Assembly (NCBI GenBank): GCA_964016885.1
Contig: OZ024742.1
Coordinates: 207,018,001-207,082,000, forward strand
Direction of reading: 5' to 3'
DNA from: Eledone cirrhosa
Taxonomy: Eukaryota
Length of the DNA: 64,000 bases
Positions 36,331 through 53,930 of the stretch are shown piece after piece. The position numbers and the translations under genes are program-made. The notes beneath the pieces were generated by a model that searched no databases, was not told the origin of the DNA, and saw only the letters and a list, made by a program, of their open reading frames with translations. Numbering within the stretch: the stretch's first letter is position 1; every line of letters starts with the position of its first letter.

Positions 36331-37239
36331 TTCGTTAAACATACATTCAAACATACATGCATACACAATCATGCATATATACACACACACATACATCCTA
36401 TGATGGAATTTATAATAAATATGTAACAAGCGAATATAACATCCAAATAGGAAAAATATGGTCTTCTGAATTCTCTGCACAGAATAAATCAGTAGCCCAC
36501 AATGTGTTTGCTGTGCTTGTCTTGACAACAACATTTGGACTAGTTGATTGGATGCTAGATGAGATTGGAGCCATTGATGTTAAACCATGCTACATTCTTT
36601 TTGGGGGGATATATTATGCAATGCATTATCTGTTTTTTGATAGTTTGTCTAATATAGGAGAGAATTTGACAGCGATTTCTATAAGGTGGAGTATTGTTAT
36701 TTTACAAGTGAAAAGTAGCGGGAAGAAGTGTGTAGGTGGATTTGTGGGTGATTGTTGCTATATACGGATATATATATACTTCATCATCATCATCATCATC
36801 ATCATCGTTTAATGTCCATTTTTCCACGCTAGCATGGGTTAGATTGGTTGTTCTTTTTGAGCCACGTTGGGTCAAATGGATATATCTTGCTCACACAGAA
36901 CTGTTTCTGGCTTGGTCTTTACAGCTGGATGCCTTTCCTAACACCAACCACATTTACAGTGTGGGCTGGGAGCTTTTACAGTATATATAAGATCATCAAA
37001 CAACATGTCTGATGATCTTGTTAGTGCACAGGTGATACTCCAGAGTAACAAAGCTCACCATTTAGCCATAATAAAGAATATATATATATACAAATAAAAG
37101 GCAGAGTTCACACGATTTGCTGTGTTTATTATTACATATATTATTATTTTATATATATATAAAACCAACTTCATATTTTATATATATATAAAACCAACGA
37201 CATCGAAACCAACTTCTGTCGGACAGCGTATCAACTGAA

Positions 37240-39803
37240 ATGGCTAACCGCCATCCAAAACAACACCGAGATCGATTACAACCCCACAACCCACCCCACA
37301 CTCCCCACGTACCACCTCGACAACCCACTCCACCCCCCACCCACCAACCACGAACTTGACACTAAACTACTCAGGTTGAAACATTCTATCTCTAACATCC
37401 TTTCCCAACACACACACACAATAAACGCAACCTCACCAATGCACAATTTAATACTCTCACCAACCTAAGATCCAGGAACCTTGTTTACCTTCCCTTTGAC
37501 AAGGGGAAAGAATTCTGTGTCATCTCGAGAGAGACCTACAACAACTTAGCTCTCCAACATCTTAATGACGACAGCCTCTACTCGAAAGTCACAGGGACCT
37601 CCTCGACTCTAATCGAGGAAGGCATTAACACCATATGGACTAACATCTGTGTCCAACGAAAACTGCCAAAGAAGGTAAAAAACAACATAATGACTCGAAA
37701 CAGCAAACTACCCACCTTCTACCACCTGGTGAAAACCCATAAACAAGGACCCGATTTGAAAATCAGGCCCATTGTCTCTAGCGTGGAGGGCCCACTTTAC
37801 AAAATATCGTGGCTGCTCTCCACACTACTGAAACCCATTCTACACACACTACCAGCCCACGTCTGCAGAGCTCAAAGGAGGTCTTGGAGCGACTACACCA
37901 TCTGGCGCCCAACACCAGAAAGGACAACGGATATGCCTTCAGTCTTGATGTGGTCGCCCTTTATACCTCCGTACCAGCATCCCCAGCCGTCGACCCGTTG
38001 ACCGAACGAGTCCGAGCATCTAACTTACACTGCTTCGGACTCACACACACGGACATCCACCAACTCCTCTCCTTCGTTGTGGATAATGCATTCTTCAATT
38101 TCCTCGGCCACACGTACAAACAGATCTCTGGGCTACCTATGGGCTCTAGTCTGTCCGGCATACTTGCAATCTCGTACATGGACCACCTGGAACGCAAAAG
38201 GCACTCAACACCTGCCAACCCAACGCCGTCGCCTTCTACTCCAGATACGTTGATGACATACTGATACTCACTTCTTCCCGGGAGATGGCGAATGAAATTC
38301 ACCAAATCTTGAACGACACTGACAATCACGTCGATTTCACCATCGAACACCCTGAAGAAGACGGGTCACTCGCCCTCCTCGACTTCCGTATCAACATCTC
38401 GGAAGAAGGAGACATAAACACCACCTTCTACCGCAAGGCAGCGTGCAAGGACTTATTTGTGCATTACAACTCAGCCCTCCCCAACAACGCTAAGAGAGGC
38501 TATGTCCTAAATGAACTTACACGGATCACTAATAGATGCAGCGACCCGATGGGTGGTCTCACCCATACCACGCAATTCCGTAATCTACTCAAGTCTAATG
38601 GATATCCCAAGCGACTGATTAACGGAATTAGAGACCCCAGACCCAATAGACAGACACCCACTAGAAACTTAGATAAAAGCAGGTGCTTCTTTAAAATCCC
38701 CCACCTGAGTGAATATACCACGAACGCCATCCGCAGGGCCATACGGAGGGAGGGACTTGACATACATTTGGCACACACAGAACCTTCGCTCCGAAGATGC
38801 CTCTCCAACAAACCCGACGAGTCAGATGGGACGTGTTCCCTCAGCAACTGCCCGATACGGGGGGCAGATTGCCTACGCACCTATGTCGTATATAAGATTC
38901 AATGCGATAAATGTAACAAGTTTTACATAGGTAGCACCATCCGACCCCTACATGTTCGTATCAAGGAACATGTCAACACCAACGCATCTTCCTTCCGTAA
39001 ACACATCCTTAAATGCGGAAACCCACAGGGCAGACCCTTGGTCACAGTCCTAGCGACTGAACTCAGCATCGGATCCTTAAGGATAAAGGAAGCACTTGTT
39101 ATTAAGAACCTCAGACCCCCACTTAACAACCGGGCTGAGAGAAATGAGCTGACATGGCTAATTTAACCATAGTGACCAGTAACAACCCCTACAGCCTACT
39201 ATATTTCACACACACGCACTTATATGTATACCCATACACATACATCTATATTTATACACGCACACATATTTATACAACCTACCACCTTTCACACCCTTTG
39301 ATTTCCAGCTTCTACGGCCCACTATCTTTCACACACACACACTCACATACATACATATACACACACAGTTACACACACATATATATTTACACACACATAT
39401 TTTACGCCTTTCACACGCTAGCGCACCCTATTGATTTAACCCAATTGGTCAGTAGCTTTTGCCACAGCCTATCACGCGCACGCGCATTCTTTCCCTCGTT
39501 TGAATTTTCCCCATAACGGCATTCCTATGTTTTAACGACAATACAACTTTCTCCGGCTTAGCCTGTTCCCCCCCTTTTGGAATTTTCCCCCGTTGATGGG
39601 CGTGAGCCCGAAATATTGGGATTAAATCTCCACTACGGTAACCCTTCTACCTTTGTTTTGTTTTCATTTTCGTTTCTCTCAATTTTCACTTTTCTCCTAT
39701 TTCTCACTCACTTCCTACCTCGAGATTTCCCATCTGCATTGTTGTGGCTTTCTAAACTACATATTTTACACATTTCACAATGCTTTAAGCAAACTTTAAC
39801 ACC

Positions 39804-39807
<4 letters not shown>
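37240..39807 (+). mobile_element. Penelope-like element, near full length (RT and GIY-YIG endonuclease), frameshifted
   Basis: FYHLVKTHK, IRPIVSS, SLDVVALYTSVP, QISGLPMGSSLS, YSRYVDD, LLDF, FYRK, VVYKIQC..C..FYIGST...RIKEH. CA-rich 3'UTR ending at (TA)n. Confidence 0.92.
39581..39623 (+). ncRNA. Degenerate minimal hammerhead in the PLE 3'UTR
   Basis: TCCC CCGTTGA T GGGC-GTGA-GCCC GAAA TATT GGGA. Two core substitutions, perfect stem II with GNRA loop, palindromic stem III. Confidence 0.5.
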
Positions 39808-39876
<69 letters not shown>

Positions 39877-40051
39877 TTCAAGAGCAACCAATCTTAAAGA
39901 GAGAGATGGAGATAGGAGAGGAGATATGAGAGGAGAGATTGGTGAATTAGTTAGAAGCCAAAGCATAAAGGCATGTGCTCAATGTGCAATATGCAGTAGA
40001 AAGCAGCTAGGTGGCTGGGTTCATGCAGAAGTTAGGTGCGCAGAGCTGGAA

Positions 40052-40570
40052 ATATTCATTAGTTAATCAAAACAAGACCACAAATTTCACAAAGAAGACA
40101 TTATTAAAAGATTGTCAACATATTTTAGTTTGATGTAAGGAATGTAGAGAATAATAATAATAATAATATTAATAATAATAATGTCCGTTTACAATTGTTT
40201 CGCTACTCCATATAATATTTCTGGATCAGATGACTATATATCATAATTGATCTGGTTCAGTTGAAAATAATTAACATATTATATTTATTATGTAACATTC
40301 TCTCATTATTTTAATTTATATTCCTTTGAAGTTCCGATGAGTCTTTTAAATGTGTTAATTATTTTCAATTGAACCAGATCAATTATGATATATAGTCATC
40401 TGATCCAGAAATATTATATGGAGTAGCGAAACAATTGTAAACGGACATTATTATTATTAATATTATTATTATTATTATTCTCTACATTCCTTACATCAAA
40501 CTAAAATATGTTGACAATCTTTTAATAATGTCTTCCTTGTGAAATTTGTGGTCTTGTTTTGCTTAACTAA

Positions 40571-40577
<7 letters not shown>
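40052..40577. repeat. Long inverted repeat (~229-bp arms, ~68-bp spacer), probable PLE inverted terminus
   Basis: 40052-40280 is the reverse complement of 40349-40577 with few mismatches. The right arm ends in (TA)n and overlaps a CCGATGAG...CGAAACAATTGTA motif. Confidence 0.9.
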
Positions 40578-40613
<36 letters not shown>

Positions 40614-40789
40614 ACAATAATAATATTTATACTTATATATATATATATAATCTATATACAATTATAAATAAGAAACTGTAATATTTTGTATTACCCAATT
40701 ACCAGTAAGAAAATTAGCTCAATGTAAAATATCAGATATATTACAGAGCAAAAATACAACATATAAAACAATCAAATTTTTGTTTCCTG

Positions 40790-41446
40790 CATTTAATTGT
40801 TGACGATCGTTTCATTCAGACAAATGTTTGGTATGATCGCTTTCTTAAAGTTTCGTACAAGCTGTTGTTTTGACTTTAACTGTAATCTTAATCAATGTAC
40901 TACATTGAGGAATGTCAAATACGATATTATTCAAACACAGATTATGACACGAGAACAGAAACATCGAATTGAGGTAGAAATACCTTATAAAGAAACATTA
41001 AGGAAGAATTACAATATAACCAATACCGTTGGATTAAATGTTTGTTTTTGAACTTTACCAATCTATGCTTATTGCTTACACACGCCACAACTATAAATAT
41101 TAACATTTCCTACATAAACCTTTTATATTTACCTCCAACATAAATATCTTTGCCTGCAACTAATTCATCATATAATGTTTGCATAACACATATATGCATC
41201 CTATCATTATGCATCTGTCTTACCTTAATGTATGCTATTATTAACATTCTTTGTGTAATATGCTTGATATATTGAATTTAAGTAATACTCTGTTTATAAC
41301 ACCTTTCAATATTTTACTATCTTTTCACTGTAATATTATTTTGTTCTTATTGCTCTTCAATAGATGTCACTGACACTGTTAATTATAATATACTATATGT
41401 ACATTCACACACACACATTGCTATTTCAGAGCACCAATAACCAATA

Positions 41447-41448
<2 letters not shown>
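40790..41448 (+). mobile_element. Possible decayed PLE 3' end
   Basis: Frame ends R.EVE...L....GLN like GIY-YIG C-termini, followed by an AT-rich UTR and (TA)n. Confidence 0.35.
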
Positions 41449-41493
<45 letters not shown>

Positions 41494-42703
41494 ACACATG
41501 GAAGAGAAAGACAGAGGAAAATGTAGGTCCTTGTTTGCTTCCTACTTCCACCCAATTCCTCCAATCACCTTCCCTACCTTAATGCCTCGCTTTACTATCT
41601 AAGCTTCCATTCTTTTGTCTCCTGCATTCAAATTCTTCATCTCCTCCTTTCCTTTCTAACCCATGCAAATATGTAAAGCTAGGCACACTCCACAATATAT
41701 TGCTAGAAACAACTCACTCTCTTCAAGGCCATCTCCATGATTCAAAGCTTCCTCCCTTGGTGGGATTATCCCCTCCCTTGACAAGCAGCATGTAGACTGC
41801 CTTTCTTTCATCTAACACTCCCAGCCTCCATCACTGTCTTCCCATCCTGGCCAATTACACATCATGCACCCTAGTGTTGTAATGAAGTAGTGCGACTGCC
41901 ACAATGAAATGAAACCTAGCCTACCCTTAAATGTGCTATGATAAACATCAACAAGTCCACTCTGTAATGTGATAGTTCTGAAGGCCCAAATTAGTCTCTT
42001 GGTCATCACTGTAAAGCAGTTGATTTTATGATAGGCATCCAGCTGTACAAACCAAACCCAAATAGAACATATAAGCAAGACGTAGTCACCTGACTGGTCT
42101 AGCCTCAGGCCATTACAATAGATCTAATTCATGCAAGCATCGAAAATAGTCATTAAAGAATGATGATGATATATATATATTTATTTAAGTATAGCACGGA
42201 GCGTATGTGCATAAACACACACACACCGTACTGTATTATGGCAGTATTGTGTTAGCTCAATGTACAGGAACAATATATATATAATATATGTAGAAATAAA
42301 CACAGTAAATTCCGTGTCTAAAATTACGATCGTAAAGAATGTCACAAATGTTTTATATATTTAACCTGCAACATACAGTAGGATATACAGACCGTATCAA
42401 TAACCATTTCATCTCTCGGATAGATTAGAGATCTAATCTGTTTCGCCCTGAAAATTGTGTTTGTAACAGATAATCCGTAGGCTTTCCTCAGCAAGAGATT
42501 AGATCAAATGAAACAAAACACATCTAACAACAACTCACAGAAGTAAATAATATACCTCGTGGGTTGCACGCTATATGTGGTATGAGTGGATATGCTAGAA
42601 ATAATAGCCTTATCACACTCAACTTATAAGCTCACCTGGTTAGGGAGCCGAAATACAAATTAACAAGCTCAAAGTATAAATACTGAGCATTATAATATAA
42701 AAA

Positions 42704-42896
42704 GGCGGTGAGTTGGCAGTATCGGTAGAGTGTCGGACACGGACATGCTTTCCAGCATAGTTATGTCCCTTTACGATCTGAGTTCAAATCCCGCCGAGGT
42801 TAACTTTGCCTTTCATCCTTACGGGGTCGATAAAATAAAGTACCAGTAATATACTGGAATAATTGCTGTCCTTGTGCCAAAAGTAGAAACAATTAT
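42704..42896 (+). mobile_element. tRNA-derived SINE (family 1)
   Basis: GGCGGTGAGTTGGCAGTATCGGTAGAG A-box, GAGTTCAAATCCC B-box, GCCTTTCATCCTTACGGGGTCGATAAAATAAAGTACCAG body, GTAGAAACAATTAT end. Confidence 0.88.
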
Positions 42897-43079
42897 ATAA
42901 TAATATATGTAGAAATAAACACAGTACATTCCGTGTCTAAAATTACGAGGGTAATGCTCAGTATTTATACTTTCAGCTTGTTAATTGCAGGGTATCAATA
43001 TGAGTTAATAACTCTGTATTTTATTTGTATATATATATATATAATTGGATATATGAGAGGGATGAACACATATATAATT

Positions 43080-43943
43080 ATACATGTGTTCCAATTGCAA
43101 ATGACCAAGTTAGCTAGGATATCCGCAGAAGAGCACAGGAATTCTGGCTTTCACTTAATAATTCTTGCGTAACAGATTTATGACTGTCCGAGTATCAAAG
43201 GCTGTTGCCCGATATAGGTTTGTTATTTTTATTGATTTATTACTTTAAATCGAGTCAGGCAAACCATATTGTTTTAAATTAGTATTTTTACAACCTAGCT
43301 AACTTGGTCATTTGCAATTGGAACACATGTATACTTGTATCTGTGTTCAGCTCTCTCATATATTCAATTATATTACACAGCTCGGAAAGATTCCCTTCTT
43401 TGAGCTATTTAATTGTAAAAGACTATTTTGAGTTTCTAACTCAATCTATGATATTCTCAGCTCCTTATGTAGCGCTATCTTTAGTCTCATAAACCCGGCT
43501 GCTATTTTTAGTGGCATGTGTATGAGACGCGCTAGGCGCTGCGACATGTGCTTTTATATCAGCATATCGTTCAGTCTTCTTAGATCCTTAGAAGTGAAAG
43601 GTACGAATTTCCTGGATACCCGCAGAAGAGCACAGGAATTCTGGCTTTCACTTAATAATTCCTGCAAAACAGATTTATGTCTGTCCGGGTATCAAAAGCT
43701 GTTGACCGATATAGGTTTGTTATTTTTATTGATTTATTACTTTAAATCGAGTCAGGCAAACCATACTGTTTTAAATTAGTATTTTTTCAACCTAGCTAAC
43801 TTGGTCATTCGTAATTGCAACACGTGTATACTTATATGTGTCCATCTCTCTCATATATCCAATTATATTACACGGCTCAGAAAGATTCCCTTCTTTGAGC
43901 TATTTAATTGTAAAAGACTATTTTGAGTTTCAAACTCAATCTA

Positions 43944-43948
<5 letters not shown>
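43080..43948. repeat. ~335-bp direct duplication plus ~40-bp inverted copy
   Basis: 43117-43453 matches 43614-43948; 43080-43118 is the reverse complement of 43294-43332. Confidence 0.88.
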
Positions 43949-44027
<79 letters not shown>

Positions 44028-44239
44028 GTATATATATATATGTGTGTGTGTGTGTGATAAATGATTAATAAATACTTGAGAAAGCCAGTACAATGTGGTA
44101 GAAATATATAAAGTTCAAAGGATGATAAATAACACAAAATACCCAGTATATTTCAACATAATATTTCTGGTTTAATACACCCCACCCCACTGTAAACACT
44201 GCAAAACTAAAACAGATGATCTGTTCTTCCTTAACTGGT

Positions 44240-44788
44240 CCAAGTGTCTATATTGCGTTGGTATGAACATGTGGTGCGTATGAAGGATGACAGCTGCATA
44301 AAAAGGTGCAGAGCACTAGAAGTCAATGGAAACCGCGGAGTGGGGAGATCCAAGAAGACCTGGGATGAGGTGATAAAAGCCGACCATACCCAATTACACC
44401 TCTCAAAGGCGATGACACACGACCGTGACCTCTGGCGTCATGCAGTAATACAGAGTACTCGACCTCCCATGGGTACAAGCTGAAGCATATAGACAATATA
44501 ACCCCAACACCTTCCCACTGGAAAGTGGTCGTGGAGGTGCCACAGCAAATAAGCAACCAGCCCACACTGTAAAGTGGACGTGTAGGCGCCACGGAAAAAA
44601 GCACCCAGCACTCACTATAAATGAGGTTGGTGTTAGGAAGGGCATCCAGCTGTAGAAATCAAGCCAAAATCAGTTCTTGTATGAGCAAGGCATGGTCAGC
44701 CGACCAGACACTGCCCACAACAAGACAACCCGTCTAACCCATGCTAGCATGGAAGAACGGACGTAAAACGGTGATGATGATGATGATG
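44240..44788 (+). mobile_element. RTE-clade LINE 3' end with UTR and (GAT)n tail
   Basis: LRWYEHVVRM..GNRGVGRSKKTW..DRDLWR. The terminal palindrome CCATGCTAGCATGG plus (GAT)n recurs in short copies near 35165, 36800(-), 42130, 53980, 59280(-) and 61670(-). Confidence 0.88.
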
Positions 44789-46712
44789 TTAAATGAAAAT
44801 AGGTGGACTGTAACAGATAGGGAGATTACACTAGAGTTGAAAATGCAAGAAAATGGATAATGAAATGGCAACAAAGTTATATGTTCAAAGTAAATATTGT
44901 ACCAAGAAAACTGTTGCACTATTTTGGTAGTAGTAGTGGTAGTGGTTGTGGTGATGATAAAATTGACATTGATAATGATGCTGCCAACACTGATGATTAT
45001 AATAATTAAGGGTGAAGAGGGGAAGTGGTGGAAGAGAATTATTCTAATGAAAATGATGAACACTTTAGATAATGTTGATGATATTAATGATGATAATGAT
45101 GATGATGATGACGTCATCAATGATTGTGATGGTGATAACTTTCATAAGATCATATATATATACACTCAAGCCATGAGGAACAAAAACATACTTGGAATAA
45201 ATATAGGTATTTGTTGCTAACAAGTAACACGTACAGATATATAGCAACAATACCAAAGTCAATGGTGGTGGTGATGATACTGATGATGATGATGATGGGA
45301 ATAGTATTGTTAAGTGTTGGTGAGGGTTGAGTTGGTGATGATGGTTGTAGGTAGCATTCAGTAAGTAATGAGGTAGCTTAGATGTAAGCTTGGAAATAAT
45401 AAGATAGTTTTCAGAATTGCACACAATCAGTACATGCAAATATAGAAACAAAATCCCATTAGGTAAACTGACTGAAACAGCACTGGGAAATTATAGCTAA
45501 GGCATGAAATGAAGGGGTTTTTAATAAGAGGGATTCCAATAACAGTGGGGGGAAGGAAAATAGATGGAATGCCTGCAAAAGGAATGTTTGGAATGTGAAG
45601 GGATAATGTTTTTCACCCCTGCGCTTTATAAATTTTTGTAGTTAATTTCCGTTATCTTCATTAAACAATATTGTCACTTGTAGAGATGGAATTTTCCCTC
45701 AATAAGCAATTTTTGTCTGCAACAAGAAACTCTTCAGCGATCTGAAGATGTCTCTCTGTTTCACTTTGGCAATGATAAACCTTCCCTCAAGGGTTTGGTG
45801 GATGGAAGGGGAGAAGGATGTTTAAGGTTTGGGATTTTTAGGTTTCGAGAGAGAGAGAGAGGTGAAGGGAGTGGGAAAATGGATGGTTGGATAGCTTGAT
45901 GGGAGCAAGGAATGATAGGGAGATTGAAACAAAGAGTGGAAGTGGTGAAATGGAGTGGAAATGGTGAGGTAAGGGTTTACATTGCTTTCAGCCATTGCTA
46001 TTTGTGAATAGTATGAGAGTTCTTCTTCAGCTCACAAGAAATACACAGAAAGAACTCCTCCTCTTTTAGACACAAACATTTGCACACAATCTCTTTCATT
46101 CACTCACACTCAAACACCCTCACAACCGCATTTATTTGTATACACATTAAACACACACACATTTACACACTCACCAGCTCCCATCCCTCTACAGAAAACA
46201 TATTTACTCCCAAATACATGCACTTGTTCATATCACATATATACTATCTCTTTTGCCTCTCCTACCACTACACAAATTTCTTTAGTTTTTATTTAGTTCT
46301 GATTCTTACTATTACTGTCAACAACAGTGACAACATCATTGATATCACCATGCAAGCAAATATCACCATATTATATTGACAACAACCACAACTATTGTCA
46401 TCATCATTGTGTTGTCAATTATTTCTTATCCCCCACTTTAACAAAACAGAAATATTTGCTCTTACCCTCATCATTAAAAATTCATTTATAGCAAATAACC
46501 AGACACTGGATACTAAGTTCCCTTTAAAATTTAGAATTTCTTCTTTCTCATGCTATTTACATTATTTCTTCATCTAATGTCTCCTACGAAACAATATCAA
46601 ACTAGGATCTCTTAGAAACCTTCAAAGTGGAACATTGATTTGGTAGAATTTCAACAACACCTCATTAGAATTAGTATGTGTGTGTGTGCGCATGTGTATG
46701 TATATATGTATG

Positions 46713-46746
<34 letters not shown>

Positions 46747-47082
46747 TGTATGTATGTATGTATGTATGTATGTATGTATGTATGTATGTATGTATGTATG
46801 CGTGTATGTATATATATATGTGTGTATCTCTCATCCATGATTTCACCAAGCTTAAGCTTACAGATATCATGTACTTGTCTCTTCCTATCTTTCCGTTGCC
46901 ATACCATCGTTGTTTGTTTACATGTCTCGCTCGTTTCACCCTATTTTACTTGTCCCAATAACTTTATTTAGTTATTGCTCGCACCAACCAGAGGTATATG
47001 ATTTTTAAAGCGATGAATTACCACTGAAGGTTAGAAGATCACTGATGAAGGACTAATTTTATTCATATGTAACCCATCTGCA

Positions 47083-50156
<3,074 letters not shown>

Positions 50157-50289
50157 ATATATATATACAATATATATATATACCTGTTCGAGCCATCCGA
50201 CTAAGTCCATGCTGGGGCACTGCCCTTGTGTGTGTATATATATATAGTGAAATAATATATATATAGTGTGTATATATATATATAGTGAA

Positions 50290-51000
50290 ATAAAATAAGA
50301 CGGACGATTGGTTACTCCTTCATTACGTTTATTGGTTGGTGATGCGCGTTTCACTACTGATCAGCTCAAGGTTCGATCTGTATTGATCTATCCCGACTCT
50401 GTAATCCACGGCTCATCAGACCCCTTATAATTGTAATGGAAAAATGAATATACATGCTGTATGAGAAAGTCTGATGTTCCTATGGTGGTCAGTGAAGTTT
50501 GTTTTGATTGGTGGGTTAATTTATGGATGTTTTTGCCTGTAGTGTATTTGGGTTGGTGTGGTGATAAGTTGGTGGTGTGGGCCTAGGTTGAAGTGGGTGG
50601 CAGTGTAGGAGTGCTGGTTGTCGCTAGACAATTTGGCAGGTAGATGTGGCTGATTTATGTGTGTGGTGTGTGTGTGGTGGTGTTTCGGTTTATGATACTG
50701 GATGAAAGGTGTTTAGGGTGAGGGGATATGTGTGGTAGTGGATTGTTAAGGGGGCTCATGATATAAGGAGTTAATGTTCTGAGTGTCTGTAAAAGCATAC
50801 AGATACGTATATACACGCAGCCAGACAAACATGTCATATACATACACATGTGTATATATATATGTAGCCTGTGGGGAGGGCGATTGCACAAACATGCATA
50901 CACACAGACACACACACATGCGTTGTTTAGGGTGGGATGTTAGGTGTGGTATGTGTTGTTAAACATCGAGTGCTCACCCGGATGAACCTACAGTAACTCT
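50290..51000 (-). mobile_element. PLE 3'UTR remnant
   Basis: Bounded by (TA)-rich tracts, CA-rich on the minus strand, hammerhead-like CTGATGAG...GAAACGCGCA at 50338-50424. Confidence 0.5.
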
Positions 51001-51051
<51 letters not shown>

Positions 51052-51649
51052 TTTACATTAGTTTACATCTGTTTTCTATTCTGGCATGGGTTGAACCAGT
51101 TGTTACAGCGGGAATCTAAACATATATTATGATAAGGTTTATATGACTGGATGCCCTTCCTCCGATATCAACCATCCATTTTACAGAGTCTACTGGGCAT
51201 GTAGTACCAGCACTATCAATCTACTGGACGGACTGAGTGTTGCCAATATTAGATGGTTATGTCCTCAATAGGAATAAAGAGGACCTCAACCCTACAAGGT
51301 CTCAGTTTGGTTGCTACCATGTTTAAGAGTGGTGAGTCAGGAAAATAAGAAGAAAGGAGAGAGGTAGTGTATGATGGGGAGGAGAGAGTGATATTTATCA
51401 ATAATAAGTTGTTTTGAGGAGAGGGTGTGATTGCTGGCATCATCGAGAGGGAGATGTTGTTATATATGGGCATAAAAGGATCTGGTGCTCCCATATAACT
51501 GATGAGGGAGTAGACTGATAATGTTGGTGGAATTTGAAGTTTGAATATATATATAATAAGAGGCTATAGTTTGCTTGAAACATTGTATATAATATATAAC
51601 ATTGAAAGAGATAGAAGGCTAAACAATGCAAAATGGACTGTAAGATGAG

Positions 51650-52910
51650 CTAACGAAAAGTAAAAGTAAGTTACCTAGTAATCTTTGTTTTGTTTTGTTA
51701 TTGTTGTTGTTATTCTTTTATCTGTCCAATATTTCAGGTCCTAAAATTCCCTTCATCAGGGTTTAAGGAACCTTCAGTTCCAATTTCCTCTTTTTGGGAT
51801 AAAATTTCTATTTTGATTAACATTTTTTCTAAGTCGTTTTCAAGCGCGTTTCGATGTTTATTTCGCTTTCCACGTGAATGACGTCAATTGCCAATAAAGT
51901 ATTTCGCGAAATCAATTTTCTTTTTTGTATGAGATGTTTAGTTTGTGTAACTGTGGGTGTGTCTTTTTATGTCAAGTACTGTGTGCTGAGTTCTAATTGA
52001 TTATTTATTTGCGAGTAAAGTCTATGTATGAGCAAGGCTTCCTTAATTCTTAAGTTGCCCAAATTTATATCATTGGCTTCAATAGTAATGGTAATATGTT
52101 GGTTGATGTTTCTACATTTGTCAATGTGTTTTTTGAATGAGGATGCGTGTGTGTTGAGGTGTTCGTTAATGTGAGTGTGGAGTTCTCGTGTCGTGCTACC
52201 AATGTAGAACTCCTTACATTTGTTGCATTCAATCCAGTATACCTCATATGTCTGCTGGCACATACCTGTATCGCGGATAGAGCAGTTATTCAGTGAGCTT
52301 TGAATGGTGTTGTCTCTGGATTGCTTTTGAGACAGGTATCCATGCAGTGAAGAGCCGAAGTGTGCTAACCGTATGTCCAGTCCTTCTTTGCGGACAGCTC
52401 TCCAGATAGCTGTGGTTATGCTTTCGCACAAATGTGGTAATTTCATGAAGCAGGTGTTACAGGAGGTCTTATGCCTGCGGCTACTTTGATTCTTAAGTCG
52501 ATTCCCTGTGGATGTTGGGTATCTGTTCGTCTTCAGTACATCTTTGAAGTGTGCAGTGTGGGTTATCAGGTCCTCTGTTTTGCTACATTTATTCCGGATA
52601 TGCGTAAGTTAATTTCTTATGTATCCTGTTTTAGCACCAAGGGGAAGGGCTGATTTATAATGCACAAATAGGTCTCTGCTGACAGCTTTCCTATAGAAGT
52701 TGGTTTATATAGTACCTTCTTCTCTTACTCTAAGTTGGAAGTCCAGCAGAGACAAGGAACCGTTTTTATCGGGGTGTTCTGTGGTAAATCCTATTTTGTT
52801 ATCTGTGTTTTAAAATATAAATATTATGTCGGCTTCTTCACGGTAGTAGAAAGTGAAATATGCATTTTCTATGATGATGGATAGAAGCTCTTGTATGTCT
52901 TGTGGAGCAC
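51650..52910 (-). mobile_element. Penelope-like element 3' portion (RT end and GIY-YIG), related to 37240-39807
   Basis: ORF 51967-52446: KLPHL..AVRKEGLDIRLAH, VYWIECNKCKEFYIGSTTR..EH, LRIKEALLI; upstream EHPD..GSLSLLDF, FYRK. Confidence 0.9.
51726..51761 (-). ncRNA. Minimal hammerhead in the PLE 3'UTR
   Basis: CC CTGATGA AGG..CCT GAAA TATT GG. Intact core, palindromic stem III, very short stem I. Confidence 0.6.
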
Positions 52911-53395
52911 CTAATGTATTTTAGTACCTAATAAATATGTTTTATGTATGGGTTACATATAAATATATGTACAGGTAATGTACATGTTGTTCTTATAAGT
53001 AACAGAATGATATAAAACAACTAGAAATTAAGGCAAGCAGGCATCCTTAGAATAGTAGATTCATGCCATCTGAGCTATCTGACTTACCCAATGCCTGGTC
53101 TGGAATTATTTGAGTCCCAAGATAGTAAAACATCCAAATTCTTTTCCAGTGTCTTGTGGGTGTGTGTGTTGGAAGTCAGTAATGAGTGGCCTAGGGAATA
53201 TGGAGTGATGGTTGGCAGGACAGAAATGGCTGATAGTAGGCTGTATGAGATATAAATAAATCTGATGCAATCGCTCCACTCCCTCCACATGCAGGTCAGT
53301 GTGTGTGTGAGGGGTGGTGGTGGGATTGAGTGATTGCATTAGATTTGTTTATATCTGATACATGCATGTGTGTGTGTATGTATGAGCAGGAGAAG

Positions 53396-53522
<127 letters not shown>

Positions 53523-53930
53523 TGTGTATGTATCAACATTAAAAGACTACTCTTGTTCTTCATGTTGAAAACGTATTTACTCTATTTCTAAACAATTTGC
53601 TGACACTCCAGAGAGCAGAAACCTAACTCCACTATTGAATATTGTTCTTATCCTTCCCCTATACCATTTTATTTATTTATGGCTTATAGTTACATTTATT
53701 TTATTCTGTAAGGATTCTTTGTTGTAAAAAAATGAAGGGAGTTTATAATTTACCATCAGTAGGATTTATTTGCATTCTGTGAGAAAAATATGTTGGTAAC
53801 TTGGTCTGGAAAAAAAAATGAAAGGATAAAAGAGAATCAGATTTGAATTTAAAGTTAAAACTAGGATTTAAATACTGCATTGACAGTAATCACAGCAACA
53901 AAACAACAATGGTAACTCTAATAAGAAGCC

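Noticed and set aside
42704-42800. tRNA gene
   Set aside because: A and B boxes are present but there is no cloverleaf, and the sequence continues into a multicopy SINE body.
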